In this document: positions 52,801 through 61,908 of the stretch, one piece after another | How the letters are laid out: each line of letters starts with the position of its first letter | Numbering within the stretch: position 1 is the stretch's first letter | Source: Eledone cirrhosa | Taxonomy: Eukaryota | DNA length: 64,000 nucleotides | NCBI GenBank assembly: GCA_964016885.1 | Contig: OZ024740.1 | Coordinates: 434,248,001-434,312,000, forward strand | Direction: 5' to 3' | Translations under genes and position numbers: made by a program | The notes under the pieces: model-generated | Database searches by the model: none | The model's input: only the letters and a program-made list of their open reading frames with translations | Told to the model about the DNA's origin: nothing

Positions 52801-55489
52801 TGTGTCTCAACAGTAAGTACTCAATACCTTCCCCCTAGTCTGTCATGTCTTACTAGCTCTATACAGACGTCTATTGTGTCTCAACAGTAAGTACTCAATA
52901 CCTTCCCCCTAGTCTATCATGTCTTACTAGCTCTATACAGACGTCTATTGTTTCTCAATAGTAAGAAGTACTCAATACCTTCCCCCCTAGTCTATCATGT
53001 CTTACTAGCTCTATACAGACGTCTATTGTGTCTCAACAGTAAGTACTCAATACCTTCCCCCTAGTCTGTCATGTCTTACTAGCTCTATACAGACGTCTAT
53101 TGTTTCTCAATAGTAAGAAGTACTCAATACCTTCCCCCCTTGTCTATCATGTCTTACTAGCTCTATACAGACGTCTATTGTTTCTCAATAGTAAGAAGTA
53201 CTCAATACCTTCCCCCCCCTAGTCTGTCATGTCTTACTAGCTCTATACAGACGTCTATTGTTTCTCAACAGTAAGAAGTACTCAATACCTTCCCCTCCTA
53301 GTCTATCATATCTTACTAGCTCTATACAGACGTCCATTGTTTCTCAACAGTAAGTACTCAATACCTTCCCCCCTAGTCTATCATGTCTTACTAGCTCTAT
53401 ACAGACGTCCATTGTTTCTCAACAGTAAGTACTCAATACCTTCCCCCCTAGTCTATCATATCTTACTAGCTCTATACAGACGTCCATTGTTTCTCAACAG
53501 TAAGTACTCAATACCTTCCCCTCCTAGTCTATCATATCTTACTAGCTCTATACAGACGTCCATTGTTTCTCAACAGTAAGTACTCAATACCTTCCCCCCT
53601 AGTCTATCATATCTTACTAGCTCTATACAGACGTCTATTGTTTCTCAACAGTAAGAAGTACTCAATACCTTCCCCCCTAGTCTATCATATCTTACTAGCT
53701 CTATACAGACGTCTATTGTTTCTCAATAGTAAGAAGTACTCAATACCTTCCCCCCTAGTCTATCATGTCTTACTAGCTCTATACAGACGTCTATTGTTTC
53801 TCAATAGTAAGAAGTACTCAATACCTTCCCCCCCCTAGTCTATCATGTCTTACTAGCTCTATACAGACGTCCATTGTTTCTCAACAGTAAGTACTCAATA
53901 CCTTCCCCTCCTAGTCTATCATATCTTACTAGCTCTATACAGACGTCCATTGTTTCTCAACAGTAAGTACTCAATACCTTCCCCCCTAGTCTATCATGTC
54001 TTACTAGCTCTATACAGACGTCTATTGTGTCTCAACAGTAAGAAGTACTCAATACCTTCCCCCCTAGTCTATCATGTCTTACTAGCTCTATACAGACGTC
54101 TATTGTTTCTCAACAGTAAGAAGTACTCAATACCTTCTCTCCTAGTCTATCATGTCTTACTAGCTCTATACAGACGTCTATTGTTTCTCAACAGTAAGAA
54201 GTACTCAATACCTTCCCCCCTAGTCTATCATGTCTTACTAGCTCTATACAGACGTGTATTGTGTCTCAACAGTAAGAAGTACTCAATACCTTCTCTCCTA
54301 GTCTATCATGTCTTACTAGCTCTATACAGACGTCTATTGTCTCAACAGTAAGAAGTACTCAATACCTTCGCCCCTAGTCTATCATGTCTTACTAGCTCTA
54401 TACAGACGTCTATTGTGTCTCAACAGTAAGAAGTACTCAATACCTTCCCCCCTAGTATATCATGTCTTACTAGCTCTATACAGACGTCTATTGTGTCTCA
54501 ACAGTAAGTACTCAATACCTTCCCCCCTAGTCTATCATGTCTTACTAGCTCTATACAGACGTCTATTGTGTCTCAACAGTAAGAAGTACTCAATACCTTC
54601 CCCCCTAGTATATCATGTCTTACTAGCTCTATACAGACGTCTATTGTTTCTCAACAGTAAGAAGTACTCAATACCTTCCCCCCTAGTCTATCATGTCTTA
54701 CTAGCTCTATACAGACGTCTATTGTGTCTCAACAGTAAGAAGTACTCAATACCTTCTCTCCTAGTCTATCATGTCTTACTAGCTCTATACAGACGTCTAT
54801 TGTCTCAACAGTAAGAAGTTCTCAATACCTTCCCCCCTAGTCTATCATGTCTTACTAGCTCTATACAGACGTCTATTGTGTCTCAACAGTAAGAAGTACT
54901 CAATACCTTCCCCCCTAGTCTATCATGTCTTACTAGCTCTATACAGACGTCTATTGTGTCTCAACAGTAAGAAGTACTCAATACCTTCCCCCCTAGTCTA
55001 TCATGTCTTACTAGCTCTATACAGACGTCTATTGTGTCTCAACAGTAAGAAGTACTCAATACCTTCCCCCCTAGTCTATCATGTCTTACTAGCTCTATAC
55101 AGACGTCTATTGTGTCTCAACAGTAAGAAGTACTCAATACCTCCCCCCCTAGTCTATCATCTCTTACTAGCTCTATATGGACGTTTAAAGTGATTAAATA
55201 AATAAATAAGATAGTAATCATTTTCTTAACCTCAGAAGTAAAGTTGACCAGTTGACCAGTTGTACAGTTGACCAGTTGACCAGTTTTACAGTTTTGAGAT
55301 ACAGATAAAAGTTTGTAAACCAAACTAAATTATTCTAATGATTTATTTTTTCTTTATTTTCCATTTATTTTTTCTCTTTTAGTGGAAGATATTGAAAAAC
55401 ATGATGGATCACCTGAAAAGCCATATTTTATGACAAAGCAGCTAATGAAAATTTTAGGCAAAAAGAACAAAGTGGAACCAGAAAAATGA
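1294..55489 (+). CDS. SLC44A2: Choline transporter-like protein gene (CTL/SLC44A family, SLC44A2/4/5-like), 5'-partial, 17 coding exons in window
   Basis: Exons joined at AG/GT sites keep one frame (1620 nt, 539 aa + TGA). Family motifs: [101 protein letters not shown]. Family is certain; exact paralogue is not. Confidence 0.93.
1871..1979 (+). CDS. SLC44A2: CTL exon 2: [37 protein letters not shown]
   Basis: tttccAG / GTAAGT; phase 1 to 2; RCxP motif. Confidence 0.85.
2690..2918. mobile_element. Second piggyBac-like MITE family
   Basis: TTAAcccttt ... aaagggTTAA termini with a different interior. Confidence 0.6.
3033..3116 (+). CDS. SLC44A2: CTL exon 3: [28 protein letters not shown]
   Basis: tttttcAG / GTAAGT; phase 2 to 2; I..D...SW..I motif preceding a TM helix. 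Confidence 0.9.
3210..3420 (+). mobile_element. Tigger/pogo-like DNA transposon end
   Basis: TA-CAGTGGTACCTTGACTT...ttaattt.gttccg...ccccattgaaatgaat terminus pattern; matching other end not found. Confidence 0.55.
3600..3712 (+). CDS. SLC44A2: CTL exon 4: [38 protein letters not shown]
   Basis: atttcAG / GTAAGT; R..AG.MVW motif; hydrophobic TM segments. Confidence 0.93.
3772..4258 (+). mobile_element. Possible non-autonomous Helitron/Helentron-like element
   Basis: Begins ACTAGC with a perfect 15-bp hairpin (3775-3809) and ends ...tttatagtttagat; family assignment is inference. Confidence 0.4.
4440..5020 (+). mobile_element. Old RTE fragments (3' tail followed by a decayed RT piece)
   Basis: Tail motif aagggcatccagctgtagaaa...cccatgctag; [10 protein letters not shown] and [11 protein letters not shown] remnants similar to the 30-35 kb copies. 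Confidence 0.75.
5670..5786 (+). CDS. SLC44A2: CTL exon 5: [38 protein letters not shown]
   Basis: ttttccAG / GTAACA; phase 1 to 1 bridges exons 4 and 6; sequence itself is divergent. Confidence 0.8.
6254..6412. repeat. 61-bp tandem repeat, 2.6 copies
   Basis: ccaagatcttgacatgacc at 6254, 6315, 6376. Confidence 0.93.
7003..7102 (+). CDS. SLC44A2: CTL exon 6: [33 protein letters not shown]
   Basis: tttatAG / GTTAGT; [11 protein letters not shown] hallmark. Confidence 0.95.
7260..7450 (+). mobile_element. tRNA-derived SINE family A, full length with 15-bp TSD
   Basis: A-box-like TGGCAGTATCGG, B-box-like GAG(T/C)TCAAATCC, core gcctttcatcc...ggtcgataaaataaagtacc; direct repeat attatcttctctctc at 7245-7259 and 7447-7461. 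Confidence 0.88.
8193..8285 (+). CDS. SLC44A2: CTL exon 7: [31 protein letters not shown]
   Basis: ttttatAG acceptor; ends at U12-type donor GTATCCTT. Confidence 0.93.
8286..12438 (+). other. U12-type (minor spliceosome) GT-AG intron
   Basis: 5' site GTATCCTT at 8286; branch site TTCCTTAAC at 12419-12427, 11 nt before the CAG end; no long polypyrimidine tract; joining keeps frame. Confidence 0.92.
9588..11836. repeat. 79-bp minisatellite, ~28 copies (some 72-bp units)
   Basis: cagacattat recurs at 9641, 9720, 9799 and onward. Confidence 0.98.
12439..12532 (+). CDS. SLC44A2: CTL exon 8: [31 protein letters not shown]
   Basis: Follows U12 branch site and CAG; GTAAGT donor; phase 2 to 0. Confidence 0.85.
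13296..13587. mobile_element. Inverted pair of Penelope-like terminal repeats, each with a hammerhead-like motif
   Basis: ~290-bp imperfect palindrome centred on (AT)n at ~13440; tctt-CTGATAA-A-GGAC-loop-GTCC-GAAAC-GTT-aaga at 13313-13348 and its mirror at 13535-13570. Confidence 0.65.
13603..13785 (-). mobile_element. SINE family A copy
   Basis: Reverse complement matches the 7260 copy. Confidence 0.87.
13838..14220. repeat. (TA)n-CTTTGA compound microsatellite
   Basis: Direct inspection. Confidence 0.95.
14270..14654 (+). mobile_element. RTE-like LINE C-terminal fragment (different subfamily)
   Basis: ORF 14248..14691 with [25 protein letters not shown]. Confidence 0.85.
14655..15060. 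repeat. 50-bp minisatellite, 8 copies
   Basis: accaacagtaatatttacattc recurs at 14655, 14705, 14755 and onward. Confidence 0.97.
15078..15130 (+). CDS. SLC44A2: CTL exon 9: [18 protein letters not shown]
   Basis: ctaac branch, pyrimidine tract, ctAG / GTAAGT; phase 0 to 2 exactly bridges exons 8 and 10. Confidence 0.82.
16302..16520 (+). mobile_element. SINE family A copy (degenerate minus copy adjacent at ~16095-16250)
   Basis: Same head, B box and core. Confidence 0.8.
16877..17053 (+). CDS. SLC44A2: CTL exon 10: [59 protein letters not shown]
   Basis: tttcAG / GTAAGT; strongly conserved CTL motif. Confidence 0.97.
17567..17756 (-). mobile_element. SINE family A copy (older copy adjacent at ~17350-17540)
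   Basis: Reverse complement matches the 7260 copy. Confidence 0.85.
17860..18110 (-). mobile_element. RTE 3'-end fragment
   Basis: Minus-strand [22 protein letters not shown] followed by (GAT)n tail. Confidence 0.75.
18173..18301 (+). CDS. SLC44A2: CTL exon 11: [43 protein letters not shown]
   Basis: ttttAG / GTGAGT; YH.GS.AFGSL motif. Confidence 0.97.
18333..18663. repeat. 38-bp minisatellite, ~8.5 copies
   Basis: ttgttgtttaaccc(t/c)aggtcagttctggtcaagctgac. Confidence 0.96.
18916..20535. repeat. 18-bp minisatellite (atgtcagtgtacatatgt)n, ~90 copies
   Basis: Direct inspection. Confidence 0.98.
20799..20868 (+). CDS. SLC44A2: CTL exon 12: [23 protein letters not shown]
   Basis: ttctAG / GTGAGT; Cys-rich hallmark. 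Confidence 0.97.
20943..21180. mobile_element. piggyBac-like MITE (TTAA-CCCTTTAGCATTTA...TAAATGCTAAAGGG-TTAA family)
   Basis: TTAA flanks, short TIRs, internal sequence shared with three other copies. Confidence 0.8.
21400..22340 (-). mobile_element. CR1/L2-like LINE 3' end with an internal 61-bp segment amplified ~12x
   Basis: Minus strand reads [20 protein letters not shown], a typical CR1/L2 ORF2 C-terminus; (ATT)n tail near 21401. Confidence 0.7.
21589..22324. repeat. 61-bp minisatellite, ~12 copies
   Basis: ggatgcagtgtctc recurs at 21665, 21726, 21787 and onward. Confidence 0.97.
22388..22760. repeat. 16-bp minisatellite (actacactctacatac)n
   Basis: Direct inspection. Confidence 0.95.
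22870..22943 (+). CDS. SLC44A2: CTL exon 13: [25 protein letters not shown]
   Basis: tttccAG / GTTAGT; G.NFC.SA..AF.L..RN motif. Confidence 0.96.
23540..23713 (-). mobile_element. SINE family A copy
   Basis: Same core and head on the minus strand. Confidence 0.8.
23751..23821 (+). CDS. SLC44A2: CTL exon 14: [24 protein letters not shown]
   Basis: tttgcAG / GTATGT; phase 2 to 1. Confidence 0.92.
24364..24566. mobile_element. piggyBac-like MITE copy
   Basis: Same internal sequence; right end tttaaatgctaaagggTTAA. Confidence 0.78.
25105..25380. repeat. 21-bp minisatellite (acagatgtacacattataatg)n, ~13 copies
   Basis: Direct inspection. Confidence 0.95.
25620..26290. repeat. 45-bp minisatellite of the SINE A head, ~15 copies
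   Basis: Unit gggtggtagattggcagtatcggtagagggtcggacgccatgcta matches the first ~42 nt of the 7260 SINE. Confidence 0.97.
26301..26668 (-). mobile_element. SINE family B copy nested within a family A SINE
   Basis: Reverse complement matches 28891-29230 with an internal deletion; family A body resumes at ~26670-26835. Confidence 0.8.
26895..26992 (+). CDS. SLC44A2: CTL exon 15: [32 protein letters not shown]
   Basis: ttgtAG / GTAAGT; LN....P motif; phase 1 to 0. Confidence 0.9.
27960..28160 (-). mobile_element. RTE 3' UTR fragment; related tails at ~27300-27530 (-) and ~62930-63115 (+)
   Basis: Reverse complement closely matches 34890-35060. Confidence 0.75.
28395..28570. repeat. 29-bp minisatellite, ~6 copies
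   Basis: tactgac at 28421, 28450, 28479, 28508, 28537. Confidence 0.93.
28637..28721 (+). CDS. SLC44A2: CTL exon 16: [28 protein letters not shown]
   Basis: ttttatAG / GTGAGT; [15 protein letters not shown] motif. Confidence 0.97.
28745..28865 (+). mobile_element. SINE family A, 5'-truncated
   Basis: B box, core and tail match the 7260 copy. Confidence 0.8.
28891..29230 (+). mobile_element. tRNA-derived SINE family B with RTE-derived 3' half
   Basis: A box TGGCTTAGTGG, B box GGTTCAATTC, central ccttgagcaagacacttt domain; 3' part matches RTE 3' UTR 34810-34970; (GAT)n tail. Confidence 0.85.
29245..29430 (-). mobile_element. SINE family A copy
   Basis: Reverse complement matches the 7260 copy. 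Confidence 0.87.
29857..31830 (-). mobile_element. 5'-truncated RTE-clade LINE (RT, Cys/His finger, C-terminus, 3' UTR, (GAT)n tail)
   Basis: Uninterrupted ~530 aa from ORF 30237..32033: [40 protein letters not shown] (catalytic motif altered from YADD), [14 protein letters not shown]; microsatellite tail. Confidence 0.95.
32065..35085 (+). mobile_element. Degenerate RTE-clade LINE (APE endonuclease + RT), with frameshifts and stops
   Basis: [21 protein letters not shown] (endonuclease); [20 protein letters not shown] (RT); RRLRWYGHV; split over several ORFs; 3' UTR ending in (GAT)n. Confidence 0.95.
35180..35335. repeat. (CAC/CAT)n trinucleotide repeat
   Basis: Direct inspection. Confidence 0.95.
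35466..55180. repeat. 78-bp satellite array, ~19.7 kb, roughly 255 units (75-79 bp variants)
   Basis: Unit ctcaacagtaagaagtactcaataccttcccccctagtctatcatgtcttactagctctatacagacgtctattgtgt repeated head to tail. Confidence 0.99.
55383..55489 (+). CDS. SLC44A2: CTL terminal coding exon 17: [35 protein letters not shown]
   Basis: Long pyrimidine tract + AG; LED.E..DGS.EKPYFM motif; TGA at 55487-55489. Confidence 0.97.
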
Positions 55490-57269
55490 ACACTTTGAGA
55501 ACCATTTTGAAAGTTCTCATTTATATTTTATTTAGCCATAACTTTCTCTAATCTGCCTTAAGATTTGCACTGAAATAATTTTAAAATCTGTTTAAAAATA
55601 GTTATTCTAAATAATAACTTAATAATTTTTAATTGTCATTAACATCATTTTTTACTTTAATGCAGTTTCTAATAACATTTAAAGTAAAAATTATTACATC
55701 TTCAAAATATAATAGTGGTTATTATTCATAAGACTTTGGTTTCATCTACTCAAAATTATCATCTTTATAATCACAACTTGTGATTTAATAATATTGTCAT
55801 TTGGAATTAGATCCTATATTTTATACTACAGTCACTAACAATTTTGTTTCTATTTTATTAATGATTTTTTTTTTTCAAAATACCTATATTATAATGAATT
55901 TTTTTTTATTCAGAGGTAAACATTTCAAATGTTGAATGTCAAATTTTTTCATTTAACTATATATTGTATGACGTCTGGGCTGTTTTAGCTAAAGATTCTT
56001 AATGATTTGTCTAGATAACTAACATGATTTAACTGTGTAAATATTACTATAAAAAAAAACCCTTTATGAACTCACATGGAGGAATATTAAGACTGAGAGT
56101 GATGATAACTAAAAACGATGATACCTTTATTTGTTTGTGAAGGGACAATCACAGCAAATCCCTTAAGATGTTAAAGAAAATATTTTGCAAAACGAAATTA
56201 AGCTCCCATTTTATTGCATAATGTGATACTGTATCAGGTGAAATAATTATTTTACAAAAACAAAACTATGAATTACCTTCTAAATGTAATATATAAATCT
56301 TTTGGAGATGTTGATTTTTCATTCCTATAAATTTATTAAGGGTATTGTACAAGTTCTCCATTGCATGACTGTGAGATATATTTTCTGTCAATTCTATTAT
56401 ATATGCCAGTTTATACAGTATTAAGAAATGATTCTATGATCTATAAAAGAAACAAACAGGGACCATCTTAATTCACTTGTTGCCTTTGTCAAAGAACTTT
56501 TGTTCAATTGAAGAACTAACTTAATCCTTGTTTATTAACTATGCAAACCTTATGAGAGATGTATTACTATATAGTGTAAATGTAGCTGTTAAGAAGATGA
56601 TGTTATAGTGTAGTAGCATAAGATATCTAATTAAATATATAAAATAGAAATACCATAGAACTCTTGGTGTGTGACATAATCAGTGATGGCTTCATGTTCT
56701 TGTGGCGTGTGAATAGAGTTGTCTCTTGCTTTCTTTCTTTGAATTTGGTACAACAGATTCTATCTGTCTACATATCCAGATCTGTAGACAGACAGATCCA
56801 GGTTTGTAGATTGACAGATCTATAGACAGATAGAATCTGTACCTCTCCATGGTACCTATTTACAGTTAGATGTATTGAAGCTGTCAATAATTATTTCTGT
56901 GAGATATATTTCATCAGCAGGAGTGGGCCATGAATTTACAATGTTTTCATTAGTAGGCTGGCTAGCGCTCTCCTCTTGGATAATCATTCTTTCCCAAAGT
57001 CATTTTGGCCTTTAAAAGGGTTCATTCCATTTCTCAACTTACTAAAACTAGCAACCAAATCTCCCTCATTTCATGATGTGTCACTTTAGAAATGAACACA
57101 TTTGAAACTTTAGCCCTTGGTATATATATATAAACAAATGACTAGTCATGTCTGAAATACCTTTCATCATAGAAAGTGTTTGATTAGGGCCAGTCTGGTG
57201 CAAGCAACAGTAAAGAATCCAAATATTAGTAGTACCACCCCTACACACACAAAAAAAGGGCTTAATCCT

Positions 57270-57485
57270 TTAACCCTTTTCCATTTACATTACTCTATAT
57301 ATACTATTGTATTTTCACGGTAAAGGCTTTACCTCACATAATATCAAATCTATGAGATTTTGATGTTATTTATTTTGAGAACAATACCTTAACATCAGTA
57401 TGAGCAGCCAGTTACAGCTGGTTTGAACAGAAGGATCGGACAGAATTCTGGCCGGATATGGCTGGTTTAAATGCTAAAGGGTTAA
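57270..57485. mobile_element. piggyBac-like MITE copy (putative 3' UTR)
   Basis: TTAAccctttt...aaagggTTAA; same family. Confidence 0.82.
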
Positions 57486-58317
57486 GACAGCTTCAATATT
57501 TCAACACACATAAATTTGATCAGTCCATTTAAAGGAAGTATTTCTTTCCTATTGTCAATTCTACAGAATATTCCATTGATAAATCTAAGCCAAACCTCCT
57601 TTTCTTGATATAAGTTTAGATTACTGAGATATCTAAAGATATTTTACAAGTGTTTTACTTTTAAATATTGTTTGATTTGAATAACATTACTTGATACATG
57701 ATGTGGCAAAGTACTTAATCATTTGATAATAAAATTAATTCATTTATTCAGTAATACTTAAAATCAAGTATATAAATTATATTGTTACTATATGTGCCTT
57801 TATATATATATATATATATAAATTATTTAATATTGAAATGACTTCTTCAGGACTAAAACTATTTTTTTTTTCGTATAAAATCATCAGGGCATTCCTGATG
57901 ATTTCATACAAATGAAACAGTACTAGTCCTGTAGAAGTCATTTCTATATATAAATAATGATGCTTACACTCTACTAATGTATTGAGAACCTTTTTTAACT
58001 GTGGTTACCCCCTGATTTTACTCAGGATCTACACGTATATACTATATATGTGTGTGTGCATGTATAACCCTAACAATAATCTTTATTTTTAAAACAGAAA
58101 ATAAGCTTCGTTATTCTATATTAACTTCTTTTAATTACAGAAAGTATATTTTCTCTCCTGTACAATTTCCAATTTTCTCACCAAAAATTCTTGTTAATTT
58201 TGTCTGTTATTATTTTAAAATGTTCTTTAGTTCTTTATTCTGTATAAAACAAAACATGATAGAGATGTTTTATTACTTGACATAGTTAACTGCTGATTCT
58301 AATGTAAAGAATTAAGT

Positions 58318-58615
58318 TTAACCCTTTACCATTTACATTACACTATATATACTATTGTATTTTCACAGTAAAGGCTTTACCTCACATAATATCTCACATA
58401 ACATTTACATTACTCTATATTTACTATTGTATTTTCACAGTAAAGGCTTTACCTCACATAATATCTCACATAATCGAATCTACAAGATTTTGATATTATT
58501 TATTTTGAGAACAGTACCTTAATGTAGGTATGAGCGGCCGGTTATGACTGGTTTGAACAGAAAGAGGTGAGAGAATTCTGGCCGGATATAGCCAGTTTAA
58601 ATGCTAAAGGGTTAA
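58318..58615. mobile_element. piggyBac-like MITE copy with internal duplication
   Basis: TTAAcccttt...aaagggTTAA; ~70-bp internal tandem duplication. Confidence 0.82.
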
Positions 58616-59177
58616 ACTTGTAATGTAAAGAATTAAACTTAGTTTAATATTAACCTTGTCTGGGATTGGTAGTATCATTAGAGAGTTGGATATGGTTACA
58701 TCACTTTACATTCTGAGATCAAATCGCCCCTGGTGTCCTGTCCAGGGGGAAGTAGGGTCTTGTACTCTGTCAATGGAATGGTAGAGGAATCTTCTTGTTA
58801 ATTGATGCCGTTTAAGATGAAGGTAACCATTATGGATATGTGTGTGTTGGTGTCTGTGTGTGCATGCATCAGTGTCTGTGTGTGTGTGTCAGTGTCTGCG
58901 TCTGTGTGTGTGTCAGTGTCTGTCTGTGTATCATGTGTGTGTGTGTGTCTGTGTCAGTGTATATATATATGTGTGTGTGTGTGTCAGTGTATATATGTGT
59001 GTGTGTGTGAGAGAGATGCTACTATATATTTGTTAGAAAAAATGGACAATTGTTCTGCCCTTGTTAAATGTTAGCCTACCAGATAGAAGTGCCATAATGT
59101 AGCTATCATGGAGTTTTGTAATTGAAAAACATATTCAGTAAATTACACACACACACACACACACACTCACACTCACA

Positions 59178-59223
<46 letters not shown>

Positions 59224-59413
59224 CTCTCTCTCTCTCTCTCACACTCACACTCTCACACACACACTCACTCACACACTCATACTCACACACTCGCTCATTC
59301 TCTCACATAACCCCCCCCCCCCCCATACACACACACACACACAACCTTATCTTTTGAGGGAAAACAACCAAGATCTGACACACATAAACTATATTTTAAT
59401 CTATTTGTTTACG

Positions 59414-59435
59414 AATAAAATCTGTATTCAATAAA
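59414..59435 (+). promoter_or_regulatory. Candidate tandem polyadenylation signals (AATAAA x2) for the CTL gene
   Basis: AATAAA at 59414 and 59430 followed by T/GT-rich sequence; an earlier AATAAA at 57728 is an alternative; AT-rich background weakens the call. Confidence 0.35.
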
Positions 59436-59715
59436 ATGTTATTGTGAAGAAGATTTTATACTTTGAAGAATTTGATGCTGTTTTAGATTAATGACAGTCT
59501 CGTTTCAATGATTATCAATTAATAATTATAATTTTAGCAATCACTTGACAAGATCCCAGACTTCATTCACTTATGGAGTGAGGTGGGACTCAATAAATTG
59601 AACCAAGAAAACAATGTTTCCATTGGTCTTTCCATTGCTGACACTATCTACTGGTCACCAATCTCATATTTTAGTTTAGTTTGATGAAAATTCCTTTCCA
59701 TAACTTCATGTAAAG

Positions 59716-60037
59716 GATAGATGTACAGGAGACAGTTCTAACAGGGTAGATAGATGTACAGGAGACAGTTCTAACAGGGTAGATAGATGTACAGGAGACA
59801 GTTCTAACAGGGTAGATAGATGTACAGGAGACAGTTCTAACAGGGTAGATAGATGTACAGGAGACAGTTCTAACAGGGTAGATAGATGTACAGGAGACAG
59901 TTCTAACAGGGTAGATAGATGTACAGGAGACAGTTCTAACAGGGTAGATAGATGTACAGGAGACAGTTCTAACAGGGTAGATAGATGTACAGGAGACAGT
60001 TCTAACAGGGTAGATAGATGTACAGGAGACAGTTCTA
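59716..60037. repeat. 33-bp perfect minisatellite, ~9.7 copies
   Basis: atagatgtacaggagacagttctaacagggtag. Confidence 0.97.
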
Positions 60038-60937
60038 CCCTGTCTAACAATTCTATAAACACCTTATATTTTCTTTCTTACTGTGTTTATTTGCTATATG
60101 ATGTTATATATATAATCTATTAATCTGTTGCCTGTTGATGGTGAATTAGAGTCATTAGACTTTCGGAGAGAATCCTTTGCAGTATGACTTCTGGCTTTCT
60201 GCTCTCTCAGTTCAAATCCTGCCAAGGTCAACTTTGCCTTTCGTCTTTTCGAGATCAATAAAATATACCTGTTCTGGGGCCCGATTCTTCCTCTATATCT
60301 TTTTTCCACTCCCTCTCTCTCCATTCGCTCACTCCCTCTCTCTCCATTCTCTCACTCCCCCTCTCCCATTTTCTCACTCCCCTCTCCCATTCTCTCACTA
60401 CTCCTCTCCCATTCTCTCACTACTCCTCTCCCATTCTCTCACTACCCCTCTCCCATTCTCTCACTCACCCTCTCCCATTCTCTCACCCCCCTCCCAATCT
60501 CTCACCCCCTCTTCTCCCATTCTCTCACTCCCCCTCTCTCTCCCTTCTCTGGAAGAAATCAGCTGTGTTCCTATCTGGCGAGAGATGGGCTCCCCCAGGT
60601 TTAAACAATGCCCAAGACCAGCTCTATGTCACTATGGTACCCCTATAACTCCACCATCAGTTACAGGGGCCAATCTATTGTCTCCCTCGTATATTTTTCT
60701 TCCTATTACAAATTAAAATTATTTTTTTATTGAAAATTTTTTCCTCCTTCACATTTTCTCCGCTGAAAAATAAAATTAATGAAGTGAATTTCATCTCTTT
60801 TGTTGTTTTTTCCCATATTTTGTTAATGTTTCTCTTTACCATTGCTACTTCACTATTTTAATAAAATAAAATTGTTGTTTCAATATTTGTGGTTTGTGCA
60901 TTTTTTTTTATTTATTATTTCTCTAAATTTCCTTATA

Positions 60938-61155
60938 TACGAAAGGCTGCTAAAAAGTTCCTGGTTTTAAGAGGCTACAAAAGTCTAGTTGGAGGCCAAA
61001 CTTTCCAAGTTCTTTTTACAAGGCTTAGAAAAACTGAAGAACCGCTGCAATAACTGTGTGAATCAGAGGGGAATATGTTGAATAAAATCATAATTAACTG
61101 ATCCTCCGGTATTTTACTTTAGCCAAAGCCAGGAACTTTTCAGCACCCCCTCATA
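60938..61155. mobile_element. Mariner-type MITE
   Basis: TA flanks; ~28-bp imperfect TIRs cgaaaggctgctaaaaagttcctggttt / aagccaggaacttttcagcaccccctca. Confidence 0.8.
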
Positions 61156-61908
61156 TATGAGGGTTGTCCATCTATCCACTCAGGAAATTGTGTATTTATG
61201 TCCCACATTCATAAAGAAGATTCTAGACTGTGGGAAACGTTACTTCCAAACTGTCATCATCATCACTTAGGTTTTCGTGCAAACGTTTCATTTATGTTAT
61301 TTATACATTTGGGAAAGTCTGTAAAACTCTATTTTTTCTCCTCTTAAAATATTGCCTTATATATTTAACTATATAATTTGGCAGTGTCGTTAGAACGTCA
61401 GACAGTAAACTTTGCCGTATTCGTTTCGGCTCCCTGCTCTGTAAGTTCAAATCCCAAGTCAACTTTACCTTTCATCCATTCAATGTTGATAAAAAAAATA
61501 CCAGTCTAGTACTGGGGTTGATTCTTCCTCTCTATCTCTTTCTAACTTCTCTCTTACTTTCTATCTGCTCTGGAAGAAACCTGCTGTATTAAGGGAGGGG
61601 CATAGCCAGGTTTAGAAAGCCCTGGAAACGCCGTGTCCACTACAGTGTCACTCCAGCTCCCTCCAGTGTTACAAGACTAACACATCACATCACATAATTT
61701 GATCTTTCAGGGTACGTAACACCTGACAATAAAAGATGAAATAAAATAAGAGTTGCGTCCCTTGTAATGTAAATTTTAGCGTTTTTTTTTGCGTGGGAAA
61801 AGCTGAAACAGAAATCTGAGTAACGGGCGTGAGAAATTCTAAATATCATAATTATTTGAACTATTCACCGCATTTTTAGTGTCAATATTTATAACATTTA
61901 TATCACAT

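Noticed and set aside
36005-55193. Long ORFs (up to 698 aa) of [25 protein letters not shown] repeats
   Set aside because: Artefact of a 78-bp (3n) unit with one stop-free frame; frequent 76/77-bp units break the frame; intronic location
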